Positions 56,768 to 64,000 of a stretch of 64,000 nt of DNA are shown piece after piece. Origin of the DNA: a virus (taxonomy: Duplodnaviria > Caudoviricetes); the IMG/VR virus record IMGVR_UViG_3300024331_000231, positions 1 to 64,000 of that record; one strand, given 5' to 3'. Numbering within the stretch: the stretch's first letter is position 1; each line of letters opens with the position of its first letter. Below the pieces are notes generated by a model. The model had not been told where the DNA came from. It searched no databases and was given only the letters and a program-made list of their open reading frames with translations. Position numbers and translations under genes: made by a program.

Positions 56768-57007
56768 TTAAATTTTGGGAACGTCGATTTCTTCGGATTT
56801 AAGGATGGTTTTGGACGTGAAGGAAGCAGGGTCGGCTTTCACCATATCGTAGTATTTCTCTGCTTTTTCGCGGGTTTCGGTCTCTTTCTGGGTGGTGAAG
56901 CCGTCCACCACGTTTCCGACGTGAAAAGATTTTTCACGGCCTTCTATCCGCACGATGTACCAAACATCTCCGGCGGTATCCTGTTCCTTGCTGAGTTCTA
57001 GTTTCAT
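56768..57007 (-). CDS. Hypothetical protein
   Basis: 79-aa ORF. Confidence 0.55.
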   Translation of the reverse strand: MKLELSKEQDTAGDVWYIVRIEGREKSFHVGNVVDGFTTQKETETREKAEKYYDMVKADPASFTSKTILKSEEIDVPKI

Positions 57008-57031
57008 GACTATGGGTTTTGAGTGAAGGGT

Positions 57032-57463
57032 TTAAGAAGGGAGGAAATACAATTCAATGGTTTGTTCGTGCGCTCTATAGAGATTTTCCGGATTCAGCCA
57101 GTCTGAGGCGCGGCCATCTTCTGGCAGCAATCCGACAGTATCTACTCCGTCAGTAATAGCATGAAATAGACGTCCGTCACCCAAAACAATCTCCTCGCCT
57201 ACGCCTGGCATAGATGGAAAAAAGCCCCTGAATAGGTCCCCAATATGGGTAGACTTTCTTGTCTCAATGATCTTTGCAATCAATTGCCCCTTGTTGCCTG
57301 CCATATTCTGAATGGTTGCTACATTCAAATTAGCTCCCTTACAGACAGTTTTTTCAGTAGAATCCTCATTGTAAACGCCAATACTCCCATATCTATCTGA
57401 AACCCGTTCCATTCTAGGCCAAGAAAGGGAACCCATTCCGATTAAAATTGCATTTGTATCCAT
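57032..57463 (-). CDS. Conserved phage hypothetical protein
   Basis: LSWPRMERVSDRYG..STHIGDLFRG..WLNPENLYRAHEQ. Confidence 0.6.
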   Translation of the reverse strand: MDTNAILIGMGSLSWPRMERVSDRYGSIGVYNEDSTEKTVCKGANLNVATIQNMAGNKGQLIAKIIETRKSTHIGDLFRGFFPSMPGVGEEIVLGDGRLFHAITDGVDTVGLLPEDGRASDWLNPENLYRAHEQTIELYFLPS

Positions 57464-57526
57464 AACAATAGTTGTGTTTTTACTGCCGAAGGCCCGGTAT
57501 TACCCGGGCTGTCCAGCTATTGAGGT

Positions 57527-58072
57527 TTACGCATACCAGCTTTCATATTGTTTTTTGCCATTCCAAAGATGAGCACGAGAACACTCCGTTACCTTAATCC
57601 ATTCACTTGCCTTTCTTTTGATGACCTCAGCCCGGAATTTGATATCTTTGGTGGCACGTGTTGTACCTGCCATCGAGCTATACCCTTCTGATTGACGGCT
57701 GGTCTTGTTCATAGGCAGCAGTTTAACCGTTTTGGCGGTCATTTCCACCACTACATAAAAATCGACATTGGTCTGCTCATAGCCCCACGAAGCCACCAGA
57801 ATGGCCCCAATTTCCAATTGTTGGGCTGGGTGCGGATCTATGCCGCTATATTTGGCAATGTTTTCGGCCTCAAGCGTGTCGTAGGTGACTTTTTCCTTAC
57901 AGCGGCCGTAGATGTATTCTTCGTTCTGGTTCTCAAATGGCAGTTCTTCGCCAGCCAACCGGCGGTTAACTCTGTCGGTCACTTCATTTTGGTTGGGCAT
58001 GAAATATTCCATATCCCAGTGGCTGTTATTAATCAGGGGGATAATTGTTCCGACGGTGAATAGAGTAGTCAT
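57527..58072 (-). CDS. Conserved phage hypothetical protein
   Basis: GAILVASWGYEQTNVDFYVVV motif. Confidence 0.65.
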   Translation of the reverse strand: MTTLFTVGTIIPLINNSHWDMEYFMPNQNEVTDRVNRRLAGEELPFENQNEEYIYGRCKEKVTYDTLEAENIAKYSGIDPHPAQQLEIGAILVASWGYEQTNVDFYVVVEMTAKTVKLLPMNKTSRQSEGYSSMAGTTRATKDIKFRAEVIKRKASEWIKVTECSRAHLWNGKKQYESWYA

Positions 58073-58096
58073 GTGTTTAGTTTTTGTGTTTAGGTG

Positions 58097-58273
58097 TTAA
58101 TTATTTGCAGAAAGTATTTTGGCTGCTGTTTGTGCCGGGGACAGGGCGAGCCCCCACGATTGCGCCATGTAAAAAGGCTGAGCTTCTACAATCCCCGCCG
58201 CGACTCCGTAGGTGCAAGAGAGCGCTGCGGCTATTATTTTAGTTACGGCTTCTTCCCAGTTGTTGTAGTCCAT
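58097..58273 (-). CDS. 58-aa hypothetical protein (not in ORF track)
   Basis: MDYNNWEEAV...GIVEAQPFYMAQSWG...AAKIL; first ORF after the duplicated promoter. Confidence 0.55.
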   Translation of the reverse strand: MDYNNWEEAVTKIIAAALSCTYGVAAGIVEAQPFYMAQSWGLALSPAQTAAKILSANN

Positions 58274-58298
58274 GGTGTGATCGTTTGTTATGTAAAGG

Positions 58299-58344
58299 TA
58301 CTCAACTTTGTGGACTATCCAAATATTTCGTTAGTTATTTTAGT
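58299..58344 (-). promoter_or_regulatory. Early promoter with TTAGT operator, copy 1 of a 46-bp exact direct repeat
   Basis: Identical to 61129-61174; minus strand reads TTTG-19 nt-TACCTTTA. Confidence 0.75.
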
Positions 58345-58372
58345 GAAATTAGTCCTTTTTAAGTGAAACTAC

Positions 58373-58663
58373 TTATTTCTTGACCAAGGTAATATCGAGT
58401 TCCGGGATATACCACAGTTCAAATATAAAGGTCCGCCGCCCTTCCACAAACCGGGTGATCCGGTGGCACAGGGTATTGAGCTTAACGCCTTCCAAGGCTG
58501 CTTTTTGGGCTATAGTGGTCCAAACGGCTGTGTCTATGGACAGAATGCGGCCGGGTTGCTCCTGGTGGACAAAAGGCCTTAATTCCTGTCCGTATGGGGT
58601 CTCAAGATGCTCGGCTATTCTTGTGCCTATGGTGGTGATCCCGGTCTTGCGTTGTTTCGTCAT
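58373..58663 (-). CDS. Hypothetical protein
   Basis: 96-aa ORF. Confidence 0.55.
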   Translation of the reverse strand: MTKQRKTGITTIGTRIAEHLETPYGQELRPFVHQEQPGRILSIDTAVWTTIAQKAALEGVKLNTLCHRITRFVEGRRTFIFELWYIPELDITLVKK

Positions 58664-58680
58664 AAAAGTTCAATGCTTTA

Positions 58681-59019
58681 CTATATTGAATTGAGGATGC
58701 CCGGGGTAGCCTTGTCAATAGCTTCGTGCATTTGAATAATAAGTTCCACAGATAGACTCTCGCCGCGGGGCGATTTGAAGATGTTCAACAGCGCAGAATA
58801 CAAATCCGGGGCTGCTGCTATTAAATGAGCATTAGCCAATGCCGAAACATTAGGAGTTAGTCGATTGGTAAATTCGTCGTCTACTCGCCCAATTTGAACA
58901 CCGTCTTCGCCGCTAATCAGATAGGGGGCAATCGTATCTAGCCACAAGTCTTTTCCTATTGTGCGGTCCGTTACGGTTATTACTTGCCACGGCCCCGGAG
59001 TGAATTTCGTTTCCATCAT
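58681..59019 (-). CDS. Conserved phage protein (TPGPW...ANAxLIAAAP family)
   Basis: KFTPGPWQV and ANAHLIAAAPDLYSAL. Confidence 0.7.
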   Translation of the reverse strand: MMETKFTPGPWQVITVTDRTIGKDLWLDTIAPYLISGEDGVQIGRVDDEFTNRLTPNVSALANAHLIAAAPDLYSALLNIFKSPRGESLSVELIIQMHEAIDKATPGILNSI

Positions 59020-59079
59020 GTATTAGTTTGAGAAGATAAAAAATAGCCGGTTCTCAGCCCTCCGGCAATAGGCTAATGG

Positions 59080-59787
59080 TTATTCACTTAGTCGTCCGAT
59101 GACGTCCCCGCCATAAGCGTTTTTAGTTAGTTCAATAAATTGCTCTACGGTCATGGTGGATTTTATATCTATTGCATTCTGAAACACCCACATATCCTTT
59201 CCAGACTTGCAAGAACCGGTCAAAAGAGAATGCCAATCGTAAAACAACGCCGCTGCATACGGAACTCCTTTCTTGAATTTAGCTTTAAATTGTTCTATTT
59301 TTTCTTCTACGGTCTGGGAGACCATCCATTTTGCTTCTACTTGATCTACGGCCTCCTTAAGAGTATACCCATGTGCAAAAAGGCCATATCTCTTTGCAAC
59401 GTACATCCTTTTTTTGCCAAGCGAGGCCGTATCGATCACTTCAACTAACGCGTACTCCTCTTTTATTGACTTAATGACGCAAGGGATGCCGTCAATGTAA
59501 TGAACGGGCGCTTTTTCGTATGATTGAAGTTTAATTTTATCACCGTCGCCGGAGCCGTCGCCGTCGCCGTCGCCGTAGCCGTCGCCGTAGCCGGAGCCGG
59601 AGCCGTAGCCGGAGCCGGAGCCGTAGCCGGAGCCGTCGCCGTAGCCGGAGCCGGAGCCGTAGCCGGAGCCGTCGCCGTAGCCGTCGCCGTAGCCGTAGCC
59701 GGAGCCGTCGCCGTAGCCGTCGCCGTAGCCGTCGCCGTAGCCGTAGCCGGAGCCGGAAAGGAATTGTTTAATCTTTACTGCTTCCAT
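59080..59787 (-). CDS. Phage protein with N-terminal (G-S/Y/D)n repeat
   Basis: GSGYGYGDGYGDG tract encoded by 6-bp units at 59542-59757; C-terminal LTGSCKSG motif. Confidence 0.75.
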   Translation of the reverse strand: MEAVKIKQFLSGSGYGYGDGYGDGYGDGSGYGYGDGYGDGSGYGSGSGYGDGSGYGSGSGYGSGSGYGDGYGDGDGDGSGDGDKIKLQSYEKAPVHYIDGIPCVIKSIKEEYALVEVIDTASLGKKRMYVAKRYGLFAHGYTLKEAVDQVEAKWMVSQTVEEKIEQFKAKFKKGVPYAAALFYDWHSLLTGSCKSGKDMWVFQNAIDIKSTMTVEQFIELTKNAYGGDVIGRLSE

Positions 59788-60074
59788 ACGGGAACGTCAT
59801 TAATGATGGCTAATGCTTTTTCGGACACGGGATGACTTTCAACTACGTTATGGATAGTTGACAAATCATTTTCTCCTAATTGGACGGAGAATTTACATCC
59901 GCGTGGATTGGAGACGCCTTCTTTTGCAATCATGGATACGTCTAAGGCTCCTGACCAATAATAGAGGCGGCGAAGGGAATTGACCGTATAGGTATCGCCT
60001 TCGGTAGATTGAATACGGCATAAGAAAACGCCTGCTTTTTCAGCACGTACAATGTGGAATTGATCCTTTTTCAT
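59775..60074 (-). CDS. DUF6948-like protein, usual partner of GSGYGDG-repeat genes
   Basis: IVRAEKAGVF..RRLYYWSGA..IAKEGV. Confidence 0.65.
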   Translation of the reverse strand: MKKDQFHIVRAEKAGVFLCRIQSTEGDTYTVNSLRRLYYWSGALDVSMIAKEGVSNPRGCKFSVQLGENDLSTIHNVVESHPVSEKALAIINDVPVWKQ

Positions 60075-60098
60075 GTTTTGTTTTATTTGTGTGTTTGA

Positions 60099-60323
60099 TT
60101 AGAGATTATCCTGAATAACGATGTGGTCTATATCTGATCCGCTGCCAAATTTGTCTTTATAGACGGATCGGTCGCCGTCCTTCAAATGATAGTAGTCGCC
60201 TTCCAGGTAGAGCTGGTAGGCTCCTTTTTGTTTGTTCTGACGGTAGTTTTGGTACAGGGAAACGGCCAGCACGAGGCCAAGGATTGCGATAATTGCATTC
60301 TTTTTCATGTATGGGGTGTTCAA
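60099..60323 (-). CDS. Small membrane-anchored protein
   Basis: KKNAIIAILGLVLAVSLY N-terminal anchor. Confidence 0.5.
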   Translation of the reverse strand: MNTPYMKKNAIIAILGLVLAVSLYQNYRQNKQKGAYQLYLEGDYYHLKDGDRSVYKDKFGSGSDIDHIVIQDNL

Positions 60324-60787
60324 TTGATTACCTTATTCAATCTGTGAAATGGATTTCCGGTAGCAATAGCTGCCTTATTGAACGCCCTTGCGGCTTCTTC
60401 TTCAGTTGAATACACTCCGAGGTATTTCCACTTACCATCGATGGTGATATAGGCTTGCCATTTGTTTTTCCAACGAGATACTCCCAGATATTGTGACTTT
60501 CCTCTAGCTTTTCGATTGTTAGCATTTTGTGAATTATTACACAATCGTAAGTTATTGCGTTGATTGTTGAGCCCGTTACCATCGATATGATCTACTTGTA
60601 TTTTTGTTTGAGTTACTTGTAAGATAAATCTGTGCAAATACACTTCTTTATTTTTTATTTGCGCTCTACAATAAATGATGCCATTTTTCTTTAAAATATA
60701 CCAGCCATGTTGCTTCACCCTTTCGTAGTCCTCCTCACTTATGATTGCGACATGGCCGCTTTTTAGCTTTAACTGGCGAACGCTCAC
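60320..60787 (-). CDS. HNH-AP2 homing endonuclease
   Basis: YLHRFIL..VDHIDGNGLNNQRNNLR (HNH); YLGVS..KWQAYI..YLGVYSTEEEAARAFN (AP2). Confidence 0.9.
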   Translation of the reverse strand: MSVRQLKLKSGHVAIISEEDYERVKQHGWYILKKNGIIYCRAQIKNKEVYLHRFILQVTQTKIQVDHIDGNGLNNQRNNLRLCNNSQNANNRKARGKSQYLGVSRWKNKWQAYITIDGKWKYLGVYSTEEEAARAFNKAAIATGNPFHRLNKVIN

Positions 60788-60871
60788 AAAAGAAAGATTT
60801 AGTAGGTTATTTTTTTGCCACCAAAGCCCCGGACCGTAATAGGCCGGGGCGTCCAGCGTTTTTCGATTGGG

Positions 60872-61078
60872 TTATTTAAGAGGTTTTTGAGGTACGATAC
60901 CTGTTACATAAAGAACCTGCCATTCTTCACGTAAATTGGCGTCCAATTGGTCGCGGTCAAATCCTAATCTATCCATATAAGAGACAAGCAGAGCGGCAAG
61001 AACGGCCTTCGGCATTTTGGTATAAAGAGCATTCTTGTCCATTAGCTGCTGAAATTCGTTTTCGGTTTTGAAGGGCAT
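60872..61078 (-). CDS. Hypothetical protein
   Basis: 68-aa ORF, first gene after the promoter at 61129-61174. Confidence 0.6.
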   Translation of the reverse strand: MPFKTENEFQQLMDKNALYTKMPKAVLAALLVSYMDRLGFDRDQLDANLREEWQVLYVTGIVPQKPLK

Positions 61079-61128
61079 AAAAACTAGTTTTTGTTAAGAG
61101 GTGATTGTGTTAGATGACATAACAAAGA

Positions 61129-61174
61129 TACTCAACTTTGTGGACTATCCAAATATTTCGTTAGTTATTTTAGT
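61129..61174 (-). promoter_or_regulatory. Early promoter with TTAGT operator, copy 2
   Basis: Minus strand TTTG-19 nt-TATCTTTG (full Bacteroidota consensus); identical to 58299-58344. Confidence 0.8.
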
Positions 61175-61239
61175 TATTTTTTTTATCTTGAGCTAAGATT
61201 CAGTGTTTCAACCCCTTTTCTTTTAAAACCTTCCGAACT

Positions 61240-62712
61240 ATGGATCCATTGCAAGAGGAGATATTGATGGACGAGTTCCGCAAAGGCAGTCAATTGGCCT
61301 TTAAACGGGTATTCGATGAGCTTAATGAGCATTTGGTATGGTGGTGTAAATGGTCATTTAAACTTGAGATGGAGGAAGCGGAAGACGCGGTTTCCGAAGC
61401 CTGGGTGAAAGTGTATAAAAACAGGGGGGATTTAAAGAGCTATGAGCATGTGAAACGATTTGTGCATGTGGTTATCCGGAACCAATTAATCGATCGACAT
61501 CGAGCTGAGGTGACCAAAAGAAAGGCTATTGAGAATTACACCTTTCTGCATACCGAAGAAATGGAGTGGGAAGGAGCATCAATTTCAAAAAAGGACGAAC
61601 TATTGGACAACCTGCCTGAATTAATTCAGCGAGTAAAAGGGAGACGCGGACGGGCATTGCGGCTGTATTTCGTTGAACAGAAGGACACGGGGGAAATAGC
61701 TGCGTTAATGGGAATTACCAGGCAAAGTGCGCTTAACTTGAAAGCTCAGGGAATAGACCAAATTAGGCAATTTATCGAAAATAATGCGTCACTGCCTGAA
61801 ATTCGCAAGAGTACGAATTCGAGGGAAGAAGAGGAGGATTTGGAAAAGGCAGTTTTTGCAGCCAATTTGCCTAAATTCCTCAATCATGTGAATTCGAAAA
61901 CAAAGCGAGTTCTTTCGCTTTATTTTCTGGAAAGAAAAAAGACGCAGGAGGTAGCCGCTGAAATGGGAATACCTGCTCAGAGCGCATTGAATTTGAAAAG
62001 TCAAGGAGTAGCCACAATTAAGGCGATCATGGCCGCTAATAATTCGTCGTTTCCTGCTGATAGCGAGAATGAAGCAGAGCCGATTGTTGCCGTGCCTGAG
62101 CTCGCAACGGTATTGGTGGAAGAACCAAGGCCGGTTTTCGTAGTTTCGAATTGGCAACGTGTCACGCATTTAGAGGAATTGATGAAAGGGTTCAAGGCAG
62201 GAGAGCGGGACGCGTTCCGTTACGTCTATGATCTTTGCAATCGCCAGTGGTTCGGCTTCTGTTTGAGTTTGGAGTTGATCGAGCCAATCGAGGATGTATT
62301 AGCGGATCTATGGTATTTGATCTTTGTAAAAAGGGAACAATTCAAGGATTTTAGGCACGTGAGAAATTACGGTTACGTGTATTTGCGGCATTATTCGATT
62401 AATAGCGCAATTGCTTTGCGTAGAAAGGAGCGAGCACTCGCCAGTGTGGCCATTACAAGGGATTATCCAAAAGAATGGGACAGCAAATTGAATTACAACG
62501 CGATAGCCATACATATACTTGAATTGCTCAACCGTTCGAAGCGCGCAGCAGGCGCCAAAGTGTTACGACTGCAATTTTTTTATGACATGAGTGTAGAAGA
62601 TATTGCGGAGCGATTGGGTATTAGTGTGAAGGCTGCGTATAAGAACAGGTCCCACGCGTTGGAGCATTTGAAAGAGCAATTATCTGAACAAAAAAATTGG
62701 CTACTATGTTAA
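61240..62712 (+). CDS. Tandem ECF-type sigma factor (sigma2-sigma4-sigma4-sigma2-sigma4)
   Basis: AFKRVFD..EAEDAVSEAWVK..RNQLIDRHR; two near-paralogous HTHs (EIAALMGITRQSALNLK, EVAAEMGIPAQSALNLK); second AFRYVYD block; DIAERLGISVKAAYK. Confidence 0.75.
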   Translation: MDPLQEEILMDEFRKGSQLAFKRVFDELNEHLVWWCKWSFKLEMEEAEDAVSEAWVKVYKNRGDLKSYEHVKRFVHVVIRNQLIDRHRAEVTKRKAIENYTFLHTEEMEWEGASISKKDELLDNLPELIQRVKGRRGRALRLYFVEQKDTGEIAALMGITRQSALNLKAQGIDQIRQFIENNASLPEIRKSTNSREEEEDLEKAVFAANLPKFLNHVNSKTKRVLSLYFLERKKTQEVAAEMGIPAQSALNLKSQGVATIKAIMAANNSSFPADSENEAEPIVAVPELATVLVEEPRPVFVVSNWQRVTHLEELMKGFKAGERDAFRYVYDLCNRQWFGFCLSLELIEPIEDVLADLWYLIFVKREQFKDFRHVRNYGYVYLRHYSINSAIALRRKERALASVAITRDYPKEWDSKLNYNAIAIHILELLNRSKRAAGAKVLRLQFFYDMSVEDIAERLGISVKAAYKNRSHALEHLKEQLSEQKNWLLC

Positions 62713-62903
62713 CTCCGATTCGCGGTCATTTACAAGAGGGTGGGTCATTGAAGGAGGATTTTATCCTTCAAAATATGATCTTGCTCGAAGGTTATGGGAA
62801 GTTGATCACGTTGGCGCAAGAAAAAGGCTATGAAGACGTTGCCGTGTTGATTGATGCAATATTATCGGCAGCCCGTGAAGCGGCAGAACGGAATCTTTTC
62901 TAA
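62706..62903 (+). CDS. Hypothetical protein
   Basis: 65-aa ORF overlapping the sigma stop; its own stop lies inside the inverted repeat. Confidence 0.5.
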   Translation: MLTPIRGHLQEGGSLKEDFILQNMILLEGYGKLITLAQEKGYEDVAVLIDAILSAAREAAERNLF

Positions 62904-62991
62904 CTAGGCTTTGCGCTATAAGGTTAAAAGCAAGCCCTAGGTATCTACCGGAGGGCTTTTTTATTTCGCAATCTTTCCTAACTTGCTATTA
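62898..62991. repeat. 94-bp inverted repeat, copy 2; contains a terminator and an outward -7-like TAACTTGC
   Basis: Exact reverse complement of 1-94. Confidence 0.95.
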
Positions 62992-63511
62992 CTCATCAAT
63001 AATGCTGAGCAACAAGGTTTTCACTGATCTCGTCGTTTTCAAGTAACCGAAGGTCAGCAGAACAGGTGATCAAGGTAAACGAGAGGACAGGGAACTTAGT
63101 CAAGCACGCAAATGGTATTACAGCCCCTGAGTTTCCACTTGGGGGCTTTCTTCATTTAGAGCCCAATGGAGCGCCATTTCCCCCGCGACCTATCAACACT
63201 CCACAAACCGATCGAAGAGCCAGCCAGGGGCCTGCCAGGTGGTTTACCAAACAGTTTACCTACAAACAACAGAACAGAATCTTGCCGGCCGCGAGGGGAA
63301 CCTGCCGCGAATTCGGGGGCCGATTTGGGGGTACCCGGTCGCGAGAAAGCGAAACCCCCGTGGAAAAGAAGGCCCGGAAATACCCCCGGTGCCTCGGAGG
63401 TCGGGACTTGTTGAATTTTTGCGGGCTTGCTGGATTTCAATCGTTTGGCTGCTGCAGGAATATTTTTTCGCCCTTTTGTGGAATATTTTTTACCGAATTC
63501 CGGAAATCCGA

Positions 63512-63727
63512 TTATTCCCCCGCGGGGTCGTTTTCGCCGTTGTACTTCCGGTTAACCTCCAAAGCCGCTCGCTCGAATAATGACAGGAAATAAGGATGGG
63601 TGAACCTGACGGTCTTCTCTTCGCCGTCCTCTTCGTAGGTGACGGTGACCTCTTCTACGTGCGATCCGCTGGCTACCTGTGCCGCGATCTGCTTCAAATG
63701 CTCCAGTTCTTTTGGGGTGATGTCCAT
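63512..63727 (-). CDS. Hypothetical protein
   Basis: 71-aa acidic ORF. Confidence 0.5.
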   Translation of the reverse strand: MDITPKELEHLKQIAAQVASGSHVEEVTVTYEEDGEEKTVRFTHPYFLSLFERAALEVNRKYNGENDPAGE

Positions 63728-64000
63728 AAACGGGTTTTGGAACGAAAATACCGATTGGTGGGGTGAAATACCCCAGCCCGGGAGCTTTTTCTGGCATTTT
63801 GTCTTACTTTGCAGACCTGTATAATTTAATTTTAATGATGTAGCCGGCTCCGATGTCTATCGGGGCCTTTTTTATCGTGGTTTGTGGGTATTTTTTGGAC
63901 CTTGCGTTACTTTTTGACCGATTCCGGACTTTAAGTATTTGAAGGATATACCATTTCACCCCAAATCAACCACCATGTCAAGTCAAAAAGACCTGAGTGC

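Noticed and set aside
59524-59835. (AV)n-rich 103-aa plus-strand ORF
   Set aside because: Antisense reading of the Gly-X repeat of the real minus-strand gene.
63066-63593. 175-aa plus-strand ORF and overlapping 82-113 aa ORFs
   Set aside because: Several mutually overlapping low-complexity frames in GC-rich DNA, none with protein-like motifs.
1-64000. tRNA/rRNA genes, integrase, IS elements, diversity-generating retroelement
   Set aside because: No cloverleaf or rRNA signatures, no tyrosine/serine recombinase, transposase or reverse-transcriptase motifs, and no TR/VR pair were seen; a tRNAscan/Infernal run would be needed to exclude small RNAs.

Overview
The window is most of the genome of a tailed dsDNA phage (Caudoviricetes) with a short-tailed, crAss-like morphogenesis module. 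The host is probably Bacteroidota, possibly Chitinophagaceae, judged from TAnnTTTG-type promoters, AT-rich translation starts without Shine-Dalgarno motifs, an ECF sigma factor, DUF922 and a PKD-hydrolase gene. Layout from left to right: a RAMP/Cas7-like gene, a partner gene and a 900-bp pentamer-phased array (210-2360); small early genes and an HTH regulator (2.3-7.7 kb); lambda-like replication genes, a DUF1376 initiator and a DnaC-like ATPase (8-10 kb); accessory genes and a methyltransferase/glycosyltransferase cluster (10.8-16.9 kb); GroEL plus two GroES-like genes; portal, TerL, scaffold, major capsid, adaptors, tail nozzle, ejection proteins, tail spike and lysis genes (20.5-53.5 kb); ParB-like and early genes (53.6-61 kb); a tandem ECF sigma factor. 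Positions 1-94 recur as a perfect inverted copy at 62898-62991. The standout is the 210-2360 locus. A Cas7/RAMP-like protein and a conserved partner precede a non-coding array of 15 GGCAG delimiters. Between delimiters lie a 4-nt linker and 9-14 in-phase pentamers, mostly GGH-NN, and a terminator closes the array. It looks like an RNA-guided, non-CRISPR (VIPR-like) system in which the variable dinucleotides carry the targeting information. No integrase, DNA polymerase, virion RNA polymerase, tRNA or CRISPR array was recognised. All family assignments are from motif recognition by eye; no database search was run.
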